Below are positions 26,149 through 32,000 of a DNA stretch of 32,000 bases, in pieces. Source of the stretch: Thermococcus kodakarensis KOD1 (GTDB lineage: Archaea; Methanobacteriota_B; Thermococci; Thermococcales; Thermococcaceae); assembly GCF_000009965.1 (NCBI RefSeq), contig NC_006624.1, positions 1,560,001 through 1,592,000 of the forward strand, given 5' to 3'. The position numbers and the translations under genes are program-made. How positions within the stretch are numbered: the stretch's first letter is position 1; every line of letters begins with the position of its first letter. Under the pieces are notes generated by a model. The model did no database searches. It was not told the DNA's origin and saw nothing but the letters and a program-made list of their open reading frames with translations.

Positions 26149-28023
26149 ATGGAGTTCAAACCATATATTCCCCCAGAGAAATCCCTGCCTGAATATACCG
26201 TAAAGGCGTTTGTTCTGGGCGTCCTTCTATCGATAGTGATGGGTGCTGCCAACGCCTACCTCGGAATGTACGCAGGAATGACCGTCAGTGCAAGCATTCC
26301 CGCAGCGGTTATCTCAATGGCGATACTCTTGGCTTTCAAGGACAGGAACATCCTTGAGAACAACATGGTTCAGACGGCGGCCTCCGCAGGCGAATCGCTC
26401 GCTGCTGGAGTCATATTCACCTTCCCTGCCCTAGTAGTTCTCGAGTACTACACCACGTTCCCATACTACATCGTGACAATCATAGCAGCGCTCGGTGGCT
26501 CCCTCGGTGCACTCTTCACGGTCGTACTGAGAAGGGCTTTTATAGTCGAGGAGAAGCTCCCCTATCCAGAAGGTACCGCCTGTGCCGAAGTTCTTATAGC
26601 TGGCGATAAGGGTGGAAGCCACGCCAAACCGATATTCTACGGTGGAATCTTCGGCGGCATCTACAAGCTCCTGGGCCAGACGGGCCTGTGGAGCGGAACA
26701 GTTGAGACCGCCAAGATGATAGGTTCCCGCGTCTACTACTTCGGAAGCGACCTCTCCGCGGCCCTCGTTGCCGTCGGTTACATTGTTGGTCTCAACATAG
26801 CGTTCCTGGTATTCCTCGGTGGTGCAATAGCATGGTTCATAGCGATACCCCTCTATGCAGGCCAGATGGGCTCAACCGACATGAGTGCCCTCGACCTTGC
26901 CTGGACGATATGGAGTACCAAGATCCGCTACATGGGTGTCGGTGCGATGGTCGTCGGCGGCCTGTGGAGCCTCATCAAGCTCAGGGGGCCGATAACCAGG
27001 GGCATCAAGGCGGGTCTTGAGGCTGCAAAGAGAAGGCAGGCTGGAGAGGCAGTTCTTAGAACTGAAGAAGACCTTCCGCTCAACTACGTCCTTATCCTTA
27101 TAGCAGCCTTTGCAATACCGCTGTTCCTGCTCTACTACCACATCATAGGCTCAATCGGAATTGCCGCAGTTATGGCCGTGATACTCCTTATCGTCGGCTT
27201 CCTTGGAAGCGCGATAGCTGGCTACCTCGCGGGTGTCGTCGGGTCATCAAACAATCCAGTTTCAGGAATCACCATAATGAGCCTTCTCTTCACGGCCCTT
27301 GTGCTAAAAGCCCTTGGCCTCTCCGGAACTGAGGGCATGGTGGCCACGATCCTCGTCGCGGCGGTTATCTGTACCGCAGCTGCCATAGCAGGCGACACGA
27401 TGCAGGATCTCGCAACAGGTTACCTCGTTGGAGCGACGCCGAAGAGACAGCAGGTCTTTGAAATCATTGGAACGTTTGCCGCGGCCCTCGTTATGGCTCC
27501 CGTGCTCAACCTCCTCATAGAGGCCTACGGAATAGCCGGAACACCAACAGCCAAAGAAAACGCCCTCGCGGCACCCCAAGCCTTCCTCATGGCCAAGGTC
27601 ACCGAGGGTGTCTTCACCGGAAACCTGGAGTGGAAGATGGTCTACATAGGTGCAGGCATTGCAATAGCCCTCATAATCGTTGATGAGATACTCGCAATGA
27701 AGAAGGCAAAGTTCAGGACTCCCGTCATGCCCGTTGCGGTCGGTATCTACCTGCCGCTCAGCCTTGGTGTCCCAATATTCATAGGCGGTCTGATAAGGCA
27801 CTTCGCCAGCAAAGCCAAGGGCAACGGTGGAGAGGACATGACCGACGCTGGAGTCCTCGGTGCGGCAGGACTAATAGCCGGTGAGGCCCTAATGGGCATT
27901 ATCTTCGCGGCCCTCATCGTTGCCAACGTAGCGCCGAGCGTCGGGTTCACCAGCAACGTCCTTGGAGTCCTCCTCCTAGCCGGAATTGTTATCTGGCTCT
28001 ACATGATGGGCAAGAAGAAGTGA
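26149..28023 (+). CDS. OPT-family (oligopeptide transporter superfamily) membrane transporter
   Basis: The ORF is trimmed to the ATG at 26149 (MEFKPYIPPEKSLPEYTVKAFVLGVLLS, GGGGGTG 6 nt upstream, TTTTTATAAA at 26095-26104). It is 624 aa and polytopic, with the Gly/Ala-rich helices typical of prokaryotic OPT proteins. Confidence 0.85.
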   Translation: MEFKPYIPPEKSLPEYTVKAFVLGVLLSIVMGAANAYLGMYAGMTVSASIPAAVISMAILLAFKDRNILENNMVQTAASAGESLAAGVIFTFPALVVLEYYTTFPYYIVTIIAALGGSLGALFTVVLRRAFIVEEKLPYPEGTACAEVLIAGDKGGSHAKPIFYGGIFGGIYKLLGQTGLWSGTVETAKMIGSRVYYFGSDLSAALVAVGYIVGLNIAFLVFLGGAIAWFIAIPLYAGQMGSTDMSALDLAWTIWSTKIRYMGVGAMVVGGLWSLIKLRGPITRGIKAGLEAAKRRQAGEAVLRTEEDLPLNYVLILIAAFAIPLFLLYYHIIGSIGIAAVMAVILLIVGFLGSAIAGYLAGVVGSSNNPVSGITIMSLLFTALVLKALGLSGTEGMVATILVAAVICTAAAIAGDTMQDLATGYLVGATPKRQQVFEIIGTFAAALVMAPVLNLLIEAYGIAGTPTAKENALAAPQAFLMAKVTEGVFTGNLEWKMVYIGAGIAIALIIVDEILAMKKAKFRTPVMPVAVGIYLPLSLGVPIFIGGLIRHFASKAKGNGGEDMTDAGVLGAAGLIAGEALMGIIFAALIVANVAPSVGFTSNVLGVLLLAGIVIWLYMMGKKK

Positions 28024-28072
28024 TTTCTCTTTTCCACTTCTTTGATTTAATTTTGCACCCGGAGGAATAACC

Positions 28073-28438
28073 ATGGAGGAGTACCTGAATTTAATTCCAG
28101 TAAGAAACGAGAAGATCAAGCTGAGGAAGATTGACGGAAAATATTACCTCCTCATCCCCATGGACTCGATGCTTGACTTTCTCGCGAGAAAACTCCATGG
28201 GGATTACCGAAGAATAGAACTCGACGAAGTGGGTGCGTACATATGGGAGCTCTGCGACGGGCGGAGAACGGTCAGGGAAATCGGAAAGGCCCTCAAGACC
28301 CGCTTTGGGGACGAAGTCGAACCCCTCTACGAGCGTCTCCTTGTTTTCCTGCTCAACCTCCACAAAAGGTATCTGATTACGTTTATTAAGCCCAATGAAG
28401 AAATCGAAAATGGTGATTACCATGAGCGAAGTTCTTGA
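28073..28438 (+). CDS. PqqD-like (RiPP-recognition-element-like) small protein
   Basis: 121 aa. The core ELDEVGAYIWELCDGRRTVREIGKALKTRFGDEVEPLYERLLVFLLNLHKRYLI follows the PqqD pattern (IWelldG-x-rTv-x-eI...l-x-fl-x-L-x-x-x-gli). It is preceded by a short beta-rich N-terminal part. GGAGGA lies upstream. Confidence 0.65.
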   Translation: MEEYLNLIPVRNEKIKLRKIDGKYYLLIPMDSMLDFLARKLHGDYRRIELDEVGAYIWELCDGRRTVREIGKALKTRFGDEVEPLYERLLVFLLNLHKRYLITFIKPNEEIENGDYHERSS

Positions 28439-29690
28439 AAAAGTCTCTCTGGAGATCGACAGGCTCCGGGATGAGATGGTAAACACCCTTATAGAACTCA
28501 TCAAAATCCCGGCCATAAGCCCCGACTACGGTGGCGAGGGAGAGTACGACAAGGCCCAGAAGCTCCTCGAGATAATAAAGGACTGGCCCTTTGACAGGGT
28601 CGAGGTTTACGAGGCCCCCGATGAGAGGGCAAAGAACGGCGTTAGGCCGAGCATTCTAGCTTACTACTACGGAGAAGAGGGCGAAAAAAGCCCGCGCCTC
28701 TGGATTCTGACTCACCTCGACGTTGTCCCACCCGGAGACCTGAGCAAGTGGACGGTGACCGAGCCGTTCAAGCCCGTCGTCAAGGACGGAAAGGTCTACG
28801 GAAGAGGATCAGAGGACAACGGACAGAGCCTCGTCGCTTCCCTCTACGCGGTCAGAGCCATGATGAACCTTGGAATCAGGCCGAAGAGGACTGTAATCCT
28901 CGCCTTCGTCAGCGATGAAGAGACTGGAAGCCACTACGGCGTTGAGTGGCTGATAAAGAACCATCCAGAGCTTTTCAGAAAGGACGACCTAGTCTTAGTC
29001 CCGGACGGTGGAAACGAGGACGGAACATTCATTGAGGTAGCTGAGAAGAGTATCCTCTGGTTCAAGCTGAAGGTTAGGGGAAAGCAGGTTCACGCAAGTA
29101 TGCCTGACAAAGGCCTTAACGCCCACCGCGTCGCCCTTGACTTAGCTTACCACCTCGACAAGCTCCTCCACGAGAAGTACAACAAAAAAGACGAGCTGTT
29201 TGAGCCTCCGGAGAGCACCTTTGAGCCAACGATGGTCCAGAATCCAGCCGATTCTCCAAACATAGCTCCAGGAGAACACGAGGTCGTCTTCGACTGCAGG
29301 GTTCTGCCGGATTACAGCCTCGATGACATTCTCAACGACGTTAAGGCCCTCGCCGACGAGGTTAAAGAAAGGCACAAGAGGGAGATAGAAGGCAAAGTTC
29401 TGCCCGAGATAGACGTTGAAATCCTCCAGAGGCTCGACGCTCCAGCTCCAACGGATCCGAACAGCGAGATAGTTGTTCTCCTGAAGGAAGCCATCAAAAA
29501 GCTCCGCGGAAAGGAGGCCAAGGTTGGAGGAATCGGCGGTGGAACCTTTGCGGCCTTCTTCAGGAAGCTTGGGGTTCCTGCGGTGGTCTGGGCTACGCTC
29601 GACGAGACCGCCCACCAGCCCAACGAGTACGCCAAAATAGACAACATGGTGGAAGACGCGAAAGTCATGGCAGCGCTGGCGCTTCTCTGA
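28422..29690 (+). CDS. M20-family metallopeptidase (ArgE/DapE/carboxypeptidase-aminoacylase type)
   Basis: Metal-ligand motifs THLDVVPPGD, GRGSEDNGQS and SDEETGS are present. I chose the start at ATG 28422 (MSEVLEKV) because GGTGAT lies 5 nt upstream. In-frame ATGs at 28395 and 28410 are alternatives. It overlaps the PqqD-like gene by at least 17 nt. Confidence 0.85.
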   Translation: MSEVLEKVSLEIDRLRDEMVNTLIELIKIPAISPDYGGEGEYDKAQKLLEIIKDWPFDRVEVYEAPDERAKNGVRPSILAYYYGEEGEKSPRLWILTHLDVVPPGDLSKWTVTEPFKPVVKDGKVYGRGSEDNGQSLVASLYAVRAMMNLGIRPKRTVILAFVSDEETGSHYGVEWLIKNHPELFRKDDLVLVPDGGNEDGTFIEVAEKSILWFKLKVRGKQVHASMPDKGLNAHRVALDLAYHLDKLLHEKYNKKDELFEPPESTFEPTMVQNPADSPNIAPGEHEVVFDCRVLPDYSLDDILNDVKALADEVKERHKREIEGKVLPEIDVEILQRLDAPAPTDPNSEIVVLLKEAIKKLRGKEAKVGGIGGGTFAAFFRKLGVPAVVWATLDETAHQPNEYAKIDNMVEDAKVMAALALL

Positions 29691-29773
29691 TGTTCTTTTC
29701 CTTCAACTTTAACCGCGGTTGAAACAATCGAGATGTATTTATACTCCCAACCCATAGTAATCTTGGTGATCGC

Positions 29774-31054
29774 ATGAGGCGTACAGTTCTGCTTGTTACA
29801 GTTCTTCTCGTTTTCATTGGGGGATGCCTCGGTCAGATGGAGAATCCCAGGCCCACAAATAACCCATCAACATCACATCCATCGGACTCTTACTCCACCT
29901 TACCCACAACAAAGTACGACGTCCTGAAAGAGGGGCAGGAAAAGCCTGTGGTTAACGCGATCAACTCCTTCACATTTGACCTATACAAAGAGCTGGCAGG
30001 GAACAATAACAACGTCTTCTTCTCGCCCTTCAGCATCGAGACGGCCCTTGCCATGGCATATGAGGGAGCAAGAGGAAAGACCGCAGAAGAAATGAAGAGG
30101 GTCCTACATCTTCCTGAAGACGATGATGCGAGGTGGACAGGTTTTAGGTATCTTCTACTTTCCCTGAAAAGTCCCGAAGGCTCGCCTTTCATCCTCAGGA
30201 GCGTCAATGCACTCTGGGTTCAGAGGGGATATTCCCTACGGGAGGAGTATCTGGGAATTGTGAAGGAGTTCTACCTCGGGGAGGCAAAGGAAGTAGACTT
30301 TCAGGGCAATCCCGCGGAAGCGGCGAGGGAAATAAATGAGTGGGTTGAGGAACAGACGAACGGCAGGATAAAGGACATCGTATCGGGCTTAAGTCCCCTG
30401 ACAAGGCTCGTGATAACGAACGCGGTTTACTTTAAGGCAAACTGGTCGAGCAGATTCAGGGCAAGCGACACGAGAAACGAAACCTTCCACGCTCCCAACG
30501 GGACAGTTATCGTCCCTATGATGCACCAGACTGGAGAATTCCCTTATTTTGAAAACGACGATCTTCAGGCCCTCGAACTTCCCTACGAGGGTGAAAGGCT
30601 GGGCATGCTGATAATCCTGCCCAAAGAAGGGAAGTTCGAAAAGGTGGAAGGCAACCTGAGCGCTGGCTCCATAGAGAACATCCTGAAAAACATGCGCGAG
30701 GAAAAGGTGAAAGTTGCCCTCCCGAAGTTCAGGTTCGAGGCTTCGTACAAGCTCAGGGACGTTCTCATGGACATGGGAATGAAAAGAGCATTTCTGGTGC
30801 CGGATTTCTCTGGAATCTCCAACGGGGAAAACCTAGCGATAGAGGATGTCGTCCACAAGAGCTTCATCAGCGTGGCCGAAAACGGAACCGAGGCGGCCGC
30901 GGCGACGGCAGTTACGCTAACGATGAACGCCCCTATGCAGGAGAAAGAACCAAAAATCTTCAAGGCCGACCACCCGTTCATCTTCTTCATCTACGACAGA
31001 GAGACTGGAACAATACTCTTCATGGGGCGCATGATGAACCCAAAGGATGGATAG
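29774..31054 (+). CDS. Serpin (serine protease inhibitor) with lipoprotein-like signal peptide
   Basis: 426 aa. Serpin hinge and reactive-centre loop NGTEAAAATAVTLTMNAPMQEKEP, followed by FKADHPFIFFIYD. The N-terminus is MRRTVLLVTVLLVFIGGCLGQ. GGTGAT is at 29764-29769 and the TATTTATA TATA box near 29736-29744. Confidence 0.9.
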   Translation: MRRTVLLVTVLLVFIGGCLGQMENPRPTNNPSTSHPSDSYSTLPTTKYDVLKEGQEKPVVNAINSFTFDLYKELAGNNNNVFFSPFSIETALAMAYEGARGKTAEEMKRVLHLPEDDDARWTGFRYLLLSLKSPEGSPFILRSVNALWVQRGYSLREEYLGIVKEFYLGEAKEVDFQGNPAEAAREINEWVEEQTNGRIKDIVSGLSPLTRLVITNAVYFKANWSSRFRASDTRNETFHAPNGTVIVPMMHQTGEFPYFENDDLQALELPYEGERLGMLIILPKEGKFEKVEGNLSAGSIENILKNMREEKVKVALPKFRFEASYKLRDVLMDMGMKRAFLVPDFSGISNGENLAIEDVVHKSFISVAENGTEAAAATAVTLTMNAPMQEKEPKIFKADHPFIFFIYDRETGTILFMGRMMNPKDG

Positions 31055-31058
31055 TCCA

Positions 31059-32000
31059 CTACTTTCTTTTCCAAGCAAGCCACACGACGAGGACAAAGAT
31101 AACGACCAGAGACCAAAACCAGCATAAATCGGACTGATCCATAGTTTTTAAATCCCCACAGGAGAATGTATTCCCATAAAATACAACTGGGGCTGCAAGG
31201 TTTGAATAGTGGAAACGCGGGGCAACTAGAACACGCGTCAGGTTACCATCATTAACGGTAGCAGTTGAATACTCAAGCTGAACTTTACCGGTTTCAAAAG
31301 CATGAAGAGTACCGTTGTAGAAAAATACGTAGATCTGTCTTTCGAGGAGGCTGAGGAGTCCAGCCTGATCGAGGACTTCACTTTTAATGGTCGAGCGCTT
31401 CCAAGTTGTCCCCGAGTTCCTGGTGTAATATGTAACGTTGTAGAGTTGTTTGAATCGAACGGACACCGCGCCCTCCCCCGGAATACAGTCCACGCACTTA
31501 ACGTCAGCTCCAGTTATCTCTATGGTCACTGCGGGAAAGAACACCAAACTCCCGTTGAGGCGGTAGCCGGAGAGATAGTCAATCCAGCCCTCATCCCAGA
31601 GATACGGCAATATCTCAGAAAGGGATACTTTGTAGCTCTCATTTCCAAAATCGAAGCCGAGAAAGCCGTTTTCATGAAGCCCACTGACTAGTCTGCCCTT
31701 TGACTTAAAGCGTGCCAGGTTGTCTGAAACGTTCAAACTTAACCTGGGACACATAACGTACATTGGATTGTAGCACTCCGCCCCAAGAAAGTGCAGTCCG
31801 GAGGAGTTCAAATAATAGTACCAGTAAATTTCCGTGTCCGGGTGCACCAACACGTCGTTGTGAGCATCGATCTCCCCCGTTGAGATTAATATTATATTCG
31901 AGTTTGGGAGGGTTCCAATGGAAATGTGAATTCCCTCCGTTGGAAGAACTCCTTGAGTTATGACCTCAATGTCGGAGGATGCCGTAGGGGATGCAAAAAC
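31059..32000 (-). CDS. Hypothetical extracellular, C-terminally membrane-anchored protein; 5' end lies beyond the window
   Basis: The listed 264-aa ORF starts at a GTG. By hand check, the reverse frame stays open from 31853 to 32000 with no TTA/CTA/TCA in frame on the + strand. It reads VFASPTASSDIEVITQGVLPTEGIHISIGTLPNSNIILISTGEIDAHND before LVHPDTEIYW. The C-terminal TM is LCWFWSLVVIFVLVVWLAWKRK. There are many N-x-S/T sequons and no recognisable family. Confidence 0.55.
   Translation of the reverse strand, partial: VFASPTASSDIEVITQGVLPTEGIHISIGTLPNSNIILISTGEIDAHNDVLVHPDTEIYWYYYLNSSGLHFLGAECYNPMYVMCPRLSLNVSDNLARFKSKGRLVSGLHENGFLGFDFGNESYKVSLSEILPYLWDEGWIDYLSGYRLNGSLVFFPAVTIEITGADVKCVDCIPGEGAVSVRFKQLYNVTYYTRNSGTTWKRSTIKSEVLDQAGLLSLLERQIYVFFYNGTLHAFETGKVQLEYSTATVNDGNLTRVLVAPRFHYSNLAAPVVFYGNTFSCGDLKTMDQSDLCWFWSLVVIFVLVVWLAWKRK

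Overview
The window is a gene-dense chromosomal segment with about 26 genes, very short intergenic spacers and no rRNA, tRNA, CRISPR or IS elements that I could see. It looks like a hyperthermophilic Thermococcales archaeon. Supporting signs are GGTGAT/GGAGGTG-type ribosome-binding sites, A/T-rich TATA boxes 25-40 nt upstream of starts, oligo-T tracts after stops, and Cys-Gly-Pro C-terminal anchors. Gene order and protein lengths match my memory of Thermococcus kodakarensis KOD1 around TK1760-TK1783. One example is a 1215-aa chitinase with two catalytic domains when started at GTG 5482. That identification comes from recollection, not a search. From left to right the window holds: (i) a chitin module (ABC permease fragment, solute-binding protein, GH1 glycosidase, an embedded VapBC pair, diacetylchitobiose deacetylase, ChiA); (ii) an uncharacterised radical-SAM gene divergent from RNase P subunit Pop5; (iii) an alpha-glucan module (glycogen synthase, the TrmB-family regulator Tgr, a cytoplasmic GH13 enzyme, malEFG, GH57 amylopullulanase, malK) with recognisable TGM operators; (iv) a UPF0146-like gene and a phosphosugar mutase; (v) a peptide-related neighbourhood (MBL-fold hydrolase, OPT transporter, PqqD-like small protein overlapping an M20 peptidase); (vi) a serpin and an AT-richer partial gene for a membrane-anchored protein. 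I see no clear-cut novel multi-gene system. The most notable points are: the amylopullulanase is separated from its own CGP-CTERM anchor by a +1 frame break; the MBL/OPT/PqqD-like/M20 neighbourhood is unexplained; MalG carries a roughly 135-aa extracytoplasmic insertion; the GH1 has a non-canonical Q77/D206 active site; and repeated promoter-region motifs occur in the chitin locus.
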